A stretch of 64,000 nucleotides of DNA, taken from NCBI RefSeq assembly GCF_030144855.1, contig NC_082707.1:194804001-194868000 (forward strand), written 5' to 3'. Below, piece by piece: positions 53,356-64,000 of this stretch. The stretch comes from Hypanus sabinus (Eukaryota). A model generated the notes under the pieces. It had not been told where the DNA came from. It saw only the letters and a program-made list of their open reading frames with translations, and did no database searches. Positions within the stretch are counted from its first letter, which is position 1. Each line of letters opens with the position of its first letter. Made by a program: the position numbers and the translations under genes.

Positions 53356-54330
53356 CCCTCCAGCAGCAGAGTGATCCCACCAGTGATCAAAAGGCAGTCT
53401 CCCCTCTCCAATAGCAGAGTGACCTCACCAGTGATCAAAAGGCAGTCTCCCCACTCCAATAGCAGAGTGATCCCACCAGTGATCAAAAGGCAGTCTCCCC
53501 ACTCCAATAGCAGAGTGATCCCACCAGTGATCAAAAGGCAGTCTCCCCACTCCAATAGCAGAGTGATCCAACCAGTGATCAAAAGGCAGTCTCCCCACTC
53601 CAATAGCAGAGTGATCCCACCAGCGATCAAAAGGCAGTCTCCCCTCTCCAATAGCAGAGTGATCCCACCAGTGATCAAAAGGCAGTCTCCCCACTCCAAT
53701 AGCAGAGTGATCCCACCAGTGATCAAAAGGCAGTCTCCCCACTCCAATAGCAGAGTGATCCCACCAGTGATCAAAAGGCAGTCTCCCCTCTCCAATAGCA
53801 GAGTGATCCAACCAGTGATCAAAAGGCAGTCTCCCCACTCCAATAGCAGAGTGAATCCACCAGTGATCAAAAGGCAGTCTCCCCACTCCAATAGCAGAGT
53901 GATCCCACCAGTGATCAAAAGGCAGTCTCCCCACTCCAATAGCAGAGTGAATCCACCAGTGATCAAAAGGCAGTCTCCCCACTCCAATAGCAGAGTGATC
54001 CCACCAGTGATCAAAAGGCAGTCTCCCCACTCCAATAGCAGAGTGATCCCACCAGTGATCAAAAGGCAGTCTCCCCACTCCAATAGCAGAGTGATCCAAC
54101 CAGTGATCAAAAGGCAGTCTCCCCACTCCAATAGCAGTGATCCCACCAGCGATCAAAAGGCAGTCTCCCCTCTCCAATAGCAGAGTGATCCCACCAGTGA
54201 TCAAAAGGCAGTCTCCCCACTCCAATAGCAGAGTGATCCCACCAGCGATCAAAAGGCAGTCTCCCCTCTCCAATAGCAGAGTGATCCCACCAGTGATCAA
54301 AAGGCAGTCTCCCCTCTCCAATAGCAGAAC
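53356..54330. repeat. 48-bp minisatellite, ~20 copies
   Basis: Unit gtgatcccaccagtgatcaaaaggcagtctcccc(a/t)ctccaatagcaga; near-identical copies; one 2-bp deletion near 54137. Confidence 0.95.
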
Positions 54331-55162
54331 AACACACCAGAGATCAAAAGGCAGACAGCCAGCGCTCACCTTCCTCATTCACCTCAATGTTTCAATCTCC
54401 CTCATTGCTTTAATCAGCGAAATGGAGATGAGCATTGGCTCACGCCCTCTCCCACAGCCTGCTCGCCACGAGTTTTGGGCTCACTGTCTCTGTCTCTCCG
54501 AATCCTCTCGAAGACTGCAGAGGGCTAAAACACCCAAACAATCTCGAACCTGCAAATCACAGGCTCCGACAGTTCCAGAATGACATCCAAAACAAAAAAC
54601 AAACATGGAAGTATTAAAGGAAGTGAAATATATGGTTTCATGGTCTATCCAGAAGATTGACCATAGGAGCATTGCATGCAGCATCAGGGTGAACTGAGCT
54701 GGCCATAATGGGAACATTGCCATTTATGATAAGGCATGAGAATCATGTTGTTCTAATGTACAATGCTCTACAGAGTCAACACGTTGAGAGCAGAAGTATC
54801 TCTGCTCAAAATCAAGCTGAGGGAAAACTTAAGGAAGCAATCTCACCAAGAGACAGCCTCTGATAGTCTGCCACTCGGCCGGGTCTCCTGGTGCAATGTC
54901 CATCCAATATCAAGTCTATGAGAGTTCAGCACTGACAGGTAATTTTGCCACAAAATTAACAGAGATCACCCAGCAGTAGTATGCTAGTATAAAGCAATGC
55001 CTCAGCTGAACTGCAAAGTGGCATTCTTCCTTGGAGTGTAAGCTAGGATTAATGAATGGAGGCCAACAGTATATGCCATGGGGGTTCTTAATATTAGTGT
55101 AGCACTAATAATAAAAAGGTATTAACAAAGTTTAAATGACTATACAGAGGAGAGGGACTCAC

Positions 55163-55214
55163 AAAGCAAAGGTTTGTACGACGTAGATGTTGATGAGCAT
55201 CTTGAATAGTCAGA
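55163..55214 (-). CDS. Candidate internal coding exon of host gene (LTIQDAHQHLRRTNLCF)
   Basis: Consensus donor 'TTT|gtgagt', acceptor 'ttcttgctatttaag|T'; 52 nt, phase 2 to 0, compatible with the 45778 exon. Confidence 0.5.
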
Positions 55215-55589
55215 CTTAAATAGCAAGAATGTCACCAGCTGCAAGAATGCAGTCACTTTAAAATTAATGCAGCGTTTACTTCTCCCTAATGGATAAACAT
55301 ATGCACATAAAGTAGTTCACCAGAACACTATTAACAATAACCCCATTGACTCTGCAAACATATTCTGGCCAAACTCTGGAAACAAATTCAGAAAATGATG
55401 GAAGTTCTCAACAGATCTTGCAGCAGCTGTGGAGAGAGAAAAGCTAAGCTAACATTTCTGGTTGATAACCTGTTGTAGAATATTAAGAAACAGTTATAGC
55501 CACTGGCAAGGTCAATACAGTTATGTTTAACAAATTTATTGGAGTTATTTTGAAGTAATTCATTGTGGATGTAGGGAAGCCAATGGATG

Positions 55590-56260
55590 GGCTACACTTG
55601 CTTCAAGTCCATCAAAGGGAAAGAACACCCCATCATTGAGCATATTTACAAGGAGCCCGGCCAGAAGAAAGCAGCATTCATCATCGAGTACTCCTATCAT
55701 CCAGGCCATGCTACCATCAGGAAAGAGGTACAAGTCCCACACCACTAGGTTTCGAAACAGTTATTAACCCTCAGCCATCAGGCTCCTGAACTAACATGGA
55801 TAACTTCACTCACTCCCATGCTGAACTGACTGCAAAAACTATAGCAACATGCGCAAAACGCTGGAGGAACTCAGCAGGCCAGGCAGTATCTATGGAAAAT
55901 AATAAACAATGTTTCAAGCGAAGACCCTCAAAGTCTCGTCATGGGATGCCGACCCTGAAAACGTTTATATCTTCAGCAAAGTCTCTTCAAGGGACATCTA
56001 CCCTAAAGAAGTTAAAATCTTCCGCAAAGTCTCCACAAACGACAGACTCACTCTCAAGGGACTCTACAACTCATGATTTTAGTATTATTTTTTTGATTAT
56101 TTGCACGATTTGTCTTCCTTTGCACATTGGTTGTTTGTCAGTCTTTGTCTATGTACAGTTTTTCATAAAATCTATTGTATTTCTCTATTTTCCTGTGAGT
56201 GCTTGCAAGAAAATTAATCTCAAGGAAGTAGTTTGATAAAAAATTTACTTTGAACTTTGA
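55590..56260 (+). mobile_element. Rex1/Babar 3' fragment with an inserted Penelope-type piece (55845-55965)
   Basis: Collinear with 12250-12665; tail 'tttactttgaactttga'. Confidence 0.75.
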
Positions 56261-56269
56261 CACAGAGAT

Positions 56270-57560
56270 TTAGAAAAGAGATTTGATAAGGTACTACATT
56301 AAATGTCATCGTGAAAAATAAAAGCTCAGGGTAGAAAGGTTATAGTTTAGCACAGATAGAAGATTGGCTGGTTAAATGAGAGCAGAAACTTGGCATGAAT
56401 GTGGTAGTAAAGTAGAAAGAGTGGGATGCCATAAGGCTCAGTCCAGGGCATTTTATACAAGTGAATGGGATAAAATAATCAAAGGTTTACTTGCCTAATA
56501 TGGACTGGAAAGTAAGCTGAGAAGAGGACTTAAGGAGGATACAAAGGGATATAGATAGACTCAGTGAATGGGAAAATATCTGGGAAATGTAATATATTGT
56601 AAACAAATGGGAAATCAAACAAGACAAGTGTGCAACCTAAATGGTGAGAGATTGTAGAGCTCTGAGCATGCAAAAGGATCTTAAACATTATCTTTATTTG
56701 TCAAATGTATATTGAAACATCACAGCATAAAGTGGGATGCATTGGTTGCTTCAAATTAAAGCAGTAAGGATTGTGCTGGCCAACCCTCAGGTATTGCTAT
56801 GCTTGTGGCACCAATATACCAACTCTGGGAGCAGTGCATGTTACATAAAGGGCTAGTATGCAAGTGGAGCAAGTAATTAGGAGATCTACAGAATGTTTCT
56901 ACTTATTTCCAGAGAAATTGAATAGAGAAGTAGGAAGGTTATGGTTCCATTACATGGAGCATTGATGAGACCACATCTGAAGTCTAGATGCTACCTGGAC
57001 TGCTGAGTTCCTCCAGCATTTTGTGTGTGTTGCTCCACATCTGAAGTACTGGTTTCTTCATTTAGGAGAGGATGTAAATGTGTTAGAAGCAGTTTAGAGA
57101 AGGTTGACTGGACTGAGTCCTGGAATAGTCAGGCTATCTTATGAGGAAGGGCTGAACAGAAAAGGCTTGAAGTTAAAAGAGCACAAGGAAATAATTGAAG
57201 CCTATTAGACCCCAAGGGGTCTTTACAGGCTGAATGTGGTGAGGAGGTTTCATGTCATGGGAGAACGTGGAATGTGGAACACACGTTAAAAATAAGCAGT
57301 CACGGTCTTTCGGACAAAATGGACAATGTCTTATTTCAGGGTTGAAATTTTTCACTCATAAGGTCATGAATCCTTAGAGCTCAAAGGGCAGTCAAAGCAA
57401 AGTCCTTGACGTTAAGTGGTAGATATATTCTTGATAAGCAAAGATATGAAAGGTTACCACAGGGAGGTGGAAGGTGACTGTCAGATCAGCTATTATCTCA
57501 GTCAATGGCAGAGCAAACCTGAGGGGCCAAGTAGCCTCCTCCTACCCCAAATTCATATTT
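56270..57560 (+). mobile_element. Old CR1-type LINE RT and 3' remnant
   Basis: 'tttagaaaagagatttgataaggtactacat' (DF.K.FDKV.H), 'atacaaagggatatagatagactcagtgaatgg'. Confidence 0.7.
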
Positions 57561-57569
57561 ATTATTTCA

Positions 57570-57848
57570 CAATTTAGCGCAGAGTTGGCCCTTCTGGCCC
57601 TTCAAACCACACCACCCCAGTAATCCCAGTTAACACTAAATAATTACAGGTCAACTTACAATGACCAACTAGCCTAACCGGTATGCCTTTGGACTGTGGG
57701 AGGAAACCTGAGCACCGGGGGAATCCCTTGCATTTCTTGGGGAGGACGTACTGAGATTCCTTACAGAACGGTGCTGGAATTGAGCTCTGAACTCCGGAAT
57801 GCCCCAAGCTGTAATGGTTTTGCACTAACCGCTACATTACTGTGGCAC
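57570..57848 (-). mobile_element. tRNA-derived V-SINE (HE1-like)
   Basis: 'tgtgggaggaaacctgagcaccgggggaa' is the reverse complement of the V-domain. Confidence 0.8.
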
Positions 57849-57922
57849 CTGACATGTATGTTTGTTCCAATACAAACTCACTGGTACCATTATAAAGACC
57901 AAACAGAAGTCAAAACTCAAGC

Positions 57923-60900
57923 TGTGGTAACTTCTGCTTTACAAAAAGACCTCTCGACAACTTGATGACCAAAAGAGCATCTTTATCTGGGAAGGCAAAT
58001 GATATTTACAATACAGAGGCTTCCAGGTACCTCGTGCGGCATGGGTGGAGGAACTATATACAATGCATACTGGGAGTAAAAGAGCAGAAGTAAAGACCCC
58101 GCGAACTCCAGAACCCGCCTCTTGCTACCAACAGATTCCCGATTAGTATTAACTTACTTTTAATAACACTCACATTACAACACTTCTCCCCCTTTAAAAT
58201 CCAACATTCCCCAAATATAGAAGAACTGGGAAATAAAAACAGTGGTATCATTAGCAACAGGTTACCAACACAAAAACACCTAAAAAACATGAAAGCCGGG
58301 TACTAAGAGAGTCCCTTGTCATCCGCTTCAGGCCTTCCTTCACTGTCTGAACAGCCCGCTCAGCCAAACCATTTGAGGCTGGGTGGAACTCACTGAACAG
58401 CTCACTGGTGAACGTCGGGCCATTATCAGTGACCAGAGTGTCAGGCAACCCGTGGACTGCAAACACTTACCTGAGTTTGTCTCTGGTTGAGGGGACTGTG
58501 ATGTTGCTCATGATGTGAGTTTCGATCCATTTGGAATGCGCATCTACCATTACAAGAAACATCTGTCCCATAAAGGGGCCAGCAAAGTCCAAATGTGGCC
58601 TAGACCAGGGGTAGACTGGCCACTCCCATGGGTGCAAAGGAGCTAGTGGTGGCATGTTCTGATTGGTCTGACATTGCGTGCATGATTTTATCTTCTTCTC
58701 CAGATCCTGATCCATTTTTGACCACCAGACGTAGGATCTTGCAAGGCTTTTCATTCGAGACAATTCGAGACACCCCTGGGTGAGTCTCATGAATTTCCTC
58801 CACAATCTATGAACGGCCAGGGGGAGGCACAATGACCCTCGCCCCCCCCCCCCAGAAAATGCAGCCATCCTGCAGACTCAGTTCCGCCTTGCGTTTGGCA
58901 CAAGGTCTCAGTTCCTCTCCTTCCACTACTCTGGGCCAACCTTGTAAAAAAAAGTCTTGACTTGAGGCAGGACTGGGTCCCTCTCTGTCCATTGCTTGAC
59001 CTGGGCCATCTTTACAGGTGTCGCGGACAGCCTGTCCAATGAAAACACAATCTCTGGAGGCACATATGTAGTAACAGGCGTCTCAGGTAACTCAGCGCAT
59101 CGGTGTTTGCATTATCGCCACCCGCTCTGTACACGATAGTATACTGGTAGGCTGACAATGTGAGAGCCCAACACTGTATCCTGGCTGAGGCAAGCGGTGG
59201 GATGCATCTGGTCTCCCTAAGAAGGCTCATCAGTGGTTTATGGTCCGTATAAATTGTGAATGCACGTCCACAGAGGTACTGATGAAAACATTTGACTGCA
59301 AAAACAATGGCCAGACCTTCTTTGACTAGCTGTGAATATCCCTTCTCAGCAGCCACCAGGGTACGTGAAGCAAAACCAATAGGCTTCTCTGAACGGTCCT
59401 CCATTACATGTGAGAGAACTGCCCCGACTCCATAGGGCGAGACGTCGCATGAAAGGGTGATCTCCTTGTCTGGGTCATAGTGAACGAGCAGCTTCGCTGA
59501 GTGCAGGAGTTCTTTCACTTCCTTGAAAGCTTCCTCCTGTTCTTCACCCCACCACCACTTAGTGTCATTGTGAAGCAGCTTGTACAGTGGGGTCAAAACC
59601 TTTGACAGGTCCGGAAGAAACTTGCCATAATAATTCACTGTGCCCAAAAATGATCTGAGTTCAGTGACGCTCCTGGGGCTTGGGGCCTCCTTGATAGCTC
59701 TCACTTTGTCCTCCACTGGGCAAAGCCCCTCAGCTGTAATCTTGTGTCCCAGGTAGATCACACATTTTCTGCGTTTCAACTGCAGCCCTGCATCTGAGAG
59801 TCTCTTCAGCACCTGTTCTAAGTTAGCCAGATGCTCCCGCTCCGTGGCTCCCGTGATCAAAATATCATCAAGCTACACTGCTACATGCGGAATCCCCTGC
59901 AGCAAAGAGTCCATTGTCCTTTGGAAAATGGCGGGGCTAGACGCCACTCCAAACACCAGGTGATTGTATTTGAATAATCCCTTGTGCGTATTGATGGTGA
60001 CGTACTCCTTTGAATCCTCGTCGAGCAGCCGCTGTTGGTAGGCATGGCTCATGTCCAGCTTTATGAACAGCTTACCCCCTGACAGGGTCACAAACAGGTC
60101 ATCCACCCGTGGTAATGGGTACTCCTCCAGCTTAGAGACCTGATTCACTGTAAGCTTGTAGTCCCCACATATCCTCACCGTTTTATCTGCTTTCAAAACT
60201 GGAACAATAGGAGCCGCCCACCTTGAAGACCGGACGGGCTCAATGATGCCCAGTCCCAGTAAGTGTACCAGCTCCACCTCGACTTTGCCTTTCATGGCAT
60301 AGGGCACTGACCTAGGCTTAAAAAAACGTGGTGTGGCCTCACGGTCGACATGGAGTTTCACAGTCACGCCCTTCAGTGTGGCCAGCTCATCCCTGAAAAC
60401 GTCACTATACCGCTGCAGAATATCCTCTGTCGTGCGTGCATACTTAATCTCATGCCAGTTGAGCTGGATTTTGTGAAGCCAATTGCGGCCCAAAAGATTG
60501 TCCTTAGCTATCACCAGCCTGGCTTCAGCCTTCTGGCCCCCAGCCGAAATATCCACATATAACACCCCTAACTGAGGTATGGGCAACCCCGTATAGGTCC
60601 TGAGTTGGAGCTTAGATGGTCTGATGGGAGGCAGGTTGGATCCGCATTTCCTCCTCTAAGTCTCCTCACTAATGACCGATGCAGAAGCCCCTGAATCAAT
60701 CTCGAACTTAATGTCCTTTCCCTTGACAGTGACTGTGCATAATATGGTTCAGGTGGTCCCTCATCCGTTTCCACCCCAAACATGTTGTAGGCACACGCTG
60801 CCTCCTCGTCTGCTTCTCCTCGGTGGTGTGTGGCTGCCTGAGTCTGTTGAGCTTTCTCCCCTGCCCAAGCTTAACCTTACCCTTTCTGCTCCTGCACTTT

Positions 60901-61957
60901 TTAACTAAATGTCCCTTCTTGTTACAAGCATGGCAGACAGTATCTTTGAATTTACAAACATTTGCATAGTGCGTTCCTCCACACCGAAAACATTCCACCC
61001 GCTTTTCCTGTCTACCAATCTCCCTCCTGACTTGGAGCTCTGCCGTCGACTGCGACCCCCCCCCCCCCACCCATATCCTTTCTGTATATCCTTGGCATTA
61101 TTAGCAGCCAACTCCATGCCTTGAGCAATCTCTAGGGCTGTCTTGAAAGCCAACGGTGGGGTTTCCCCCAACAAGCGGCATTGTACAGCGTCACTATTAA
61201 TGCCGCATACTAACCTATCACGGAGCATGTCATCCAACATGGCTCCGAAATCGCAATGTTCCAATACCTGCCAAAGCTCGGCCACAAAATCACCCACAGA
61301 CTGACCAGGCTTCCGGACATGGCTGTGAAACTTGAACCGTTGAACTATCACCGAAGGCTTCGGATTGTGGTGGATCCCCACGAGCTTGACCAGTTCGTCG
61401 TATGGAATTTCTCCCGGTTTCCACGGAGTAGCTAAGTTCCGTATCAGCTTGTAAGTCCTTGCCCCACACACACTCAGGAGGATAGAGCGCTTCTTAGCCT
61501 CCTCAGTAATTCCATTAGTACAGAAAAAGTGGCCCAACCTTTCCTCGTACTCCAGCCACTCCTCAACTTGCTCGTCGAACACACCGACCGTTCCCAACGC
61601 AGCCATCCGAACACGAGGCTCCTCGCCCGCTCACAGCTCCTGATTGAAAACGGGGCCGACACGTCCACAAAACCAGTTTACCTCGTTGCCAAAAATATGT
61701 GGCGACTTCTACTTTACAAAAAGACCTCTCGACAACTTGATGGCCAAAAGAGCATCTTTACCTGGGATGGCAAATGATATTTACAATACAGAGGCTTCCA
61801 GGTACCTCGTGCGGCCTGGGTGGAGGAACTATATACAATGCATACTGGGAGTAAAAGAGTGGAAGTAAAGACCCCGCCAACTCCGGATCCCACCTCTTGC
61901 TACCAACAGCTCCCTGATCAGTATTAACTTACTTTTAATAATACTCACATTACAACA
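57923..61957 (-). mobile_element. Near-full-length Ty3/Gypsy LTR retrotransposon (Mag-like), degenerate
   Basis: 260-bp LTRs 61698-61957 and 57923-58182; PBS TGGCAACGAGG (tRNA-Ser-GCT-like); PPT gggggagaag; gag with two zinc knuckles 'CFRCGGTHYANVC..CHACNKKGHLVKKC'; RT 'VRICGDYK', 'FGVASSPAIFQR'; RNase H 'YTDHKPL'; IN 'HLDFAGP', 'TDNGP'. Confidence 0.95.
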
Positions 61958-62586
61958 CAATTATTCAGCAAAATTTGTAGATATGGAAATGTTGTTTATC
62001 AACTCTTTCACTCTTTTCTTTTGAAGAGTAAAAGCAGTGTGTTGTATACGTGTGACATCATCGCAAGACTTATTTGATTACTTGTGTACTGTTAAGCACG
62101 TATGCTTTCTGAGGAGGGCCCTGCAGAGGTCTGTCTTTCCCACGCATCACCCTGCATGCTCCACATGTTACTTTGCTATGGTCTAGGAGCCCATCCATGC
62201 CCACCCTGACGTGCTGGTGACTGACAAAGAATTGAATGTGGCTCTGAGTGAGTCTGGGACTTCTTCCCCTCTCCACAAAGTTCAAATTGCATTTATTATC
62301 AAAGTACATGTATGTTACCTTGAGATTCAATTTCTTGCAGGCATTTTCGGGAAAAAGAAATACAACAGAATTTTCCGAAAATCTCTAACAAATGCTGTGA
62401 ATAGAAAATAATACTGAAAACATGTATTGTGAAGAGTCCTTGAAATTGAGTCAGGAGATTGTAAAAGCAGTTTGGTGCAGTGTGATTGAAGTTATCCACC
62501 CTGGCCAGCAGGTCAGGCTGTACTCATGGAGCAGGGACACTCTCACACAAACTGTCGTAGCACAAGTACCATGCACGTGTGAGCAT

Positions 62587-63215
62587 TCTTCTTCTTCGGT
62601 TATCCATAGAAATCCAATGACGACGTCCACTTCTTTAACGGTGAGATCTTTGATGACTATGCAGTCCTATCCTGGACCCACAAGCTCTGTCGCAGGTGGG
62701 ACATGTATATGTGGTAGTGGTGGTAGTGATGGCAACCATGGCTGCATTTCTCCTGGCTCTCTTCTGCTGTCTCCTGGTTGTTCTTTCCATCTCCAGAATA
62801 TGAACCCCGTCCCTACACAGCTGTCGCCAGGTGTTACGGTCAGCAGCAACATCCTCCAGGTCCTCGAGTCTGATCTTGCACTTCCTCAAAGCATTCTTCA
62901 TCTNNNNNNNNNNNNNNNNNNNNNNNNNNNNNNNNNNNNNNNNNNNNNNNNNNNNNNNNNNNNNNNNNNNNNNNNNNNNNNNNNNNNNNNNNNNNNNNNN
63001 NNNNNNNNNNNNNNNNNNNNNNNNNNNNNNNNNNNNNGGAGCGTGATAGCTGTACGGTGATTTTGAAGCGTGTGTTGCTGATGCCTGACTGCCCTTGAGG
63101 ACTCATATCCTCTGGTTGCTGGATGGCAAAGTGAGAGAAGCCATGTTAAATTAGACGTGGCCCTGTCCGGAATCACAATGTCTCATTCTTGAGTGCAAGC
63201 CACCCTAATGTGGTG
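62587..63215 (-). mobile_element. RTE-clade LINE: 3' end and probable 5' end, separated by an assembly gap
   Basis: C-terminus 'AADRNTWRQL...YTCPTCDRACGSRIGLHSHQRSHR*' with (gaa)n tail; N run at ~62904-63037. Confidence 0.75.
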
Positions 63216-63224
63216 AGGATGATT

Positions 63225-63725
63225 GCATTGGTAAGAGAGTCTAGGATCAGAGGGCACAGCCCAGAATAAAAGGACACCCTTTTAAAATTGAGTGGAGGAA
63301 GAATTTCTTCTGGGCCTGTACTTGCTGGAATTTAGAAGACTGAAGGGGGATCTCATTTAAACCTTCAAAAATTGAAAGGCCTATAGATAGTGTGGACATG
63401 GAAAGGATGTTTCCTATAGTTGGGGAGTCTAGGACCAGAGGGCACAGCCTCAGAATAGAAGGTCATCCCTTTAGAACAGAGGTGAGGAGTAATTTCTTCA
63501 GCCAAAGGGTGGTGAATCTGTGGAATTCATTACCACAGACAACTGTGGAGGTCAAGTCATTGCATTTAAGGCAGTGATTGATTGGTTCTTGATTGGTAAA
63601 GGGGGTCAAAGGTAACAGAAAGAAAGTAGGAAAATGAGATTAAAAAAATAATTAGCCATGATTGAATGCAGATCAGATTCAATGGGACAAACAACCAAAT
63701 TCTGCTCCTGTACCTTGAGGTCTTA
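63225..63725 (+). mobile_element. CR1-type LINE 3' fragments
   Basis: 'RMFPIVGESRTRGHSLRIEG...FFSQRVVNLWNSLPQ'. Confidence 0.85.
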
Positions 63726-64000
63726 CTTCATGATTCAGGCTCATTTTGCAATTATTGTGGAGGACTTAATTTAAATAGAACCCTGTTTTAGTGCATAAAA
63801 GTCTCAAAAGTAGGGACAAGTGTTAAAATCATTCAAATAATGCAGAATCCTAAATGTACTTTCTGTTTCCATCCGTACTGTGTTGTCTATTATCCCACTA
63901 AAAACAAGTTGCTGGTACTTGCTGCTACTTCACTAAGATTTACAACATCAATCAGCTAGTTCAGTCAGGAATATTTCCTCTTTATTACTTCAGGCACATA

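Noticed and set aside
53356-54330. CRISPR array or repeat-protein gene (ORFs of 269-317 aa)
   Set aside because: No unique spacers and no cas genes, in a eukaryotic context; the long ORFs follow from a stop-free unit whose length is divisible by 3
54847-54931. Possible exon LNSHRLDIGWTLHQETRPSGRLSEAVS
   Set aside because: Open only in phase 1 to 2, which does not fit the neighbouring exons
59012-61606. Domesticated or active gag-pol
   Set aside because: Multiple frameshifts and stops, diverged LTRs and a deleted integrase end indicate neutral decay
62070-62225. Possible upstream exon HQHVRVGMDGLLDHSK...
   Set aside because: No donor yields the phase 2 needed for the 55214 exon; unsupported

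Overview
Eukaryotic, repeat-saturated genomic DNA. The repeat families (CR1/L2-type LINEs, Rex1/Babar, HE1-like V-SINEs, Penelope-derived inverted elements) suggest a cartilaginous fish, probably a ray; this is inference, not a search result. Most of the window is decayed transposable elements. These include three Ty3/Gypsy proviral remnants (a CsRn1-type element with a second Gypsy nested inside it, and a near-full-length Mag-type element), two solo LTRs with TSDs, HERO and RTE non-LTR fragments, Tc1/mariner and hAT MITEs, and a 48-bp minisatellite. Four short minus-strand exons (55163-55214, 45708-45778, 40010-40097, 23760-23876) splice in frame into the C-terminus of a host protein I cannot name; the ORF track does not assemble them, and one intron appears to be GC-AG. 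The most notable non-coding signal is a dispersed family of Penelope-type fold-back elements carrying minimal type I hammerhead ribozyme motifs, with an intact copy at 19434-19471. Almost all ORFs in the track are TE debris or chance frames. TE boundaries are approximate unless a TSD or terminal motif is quoted.
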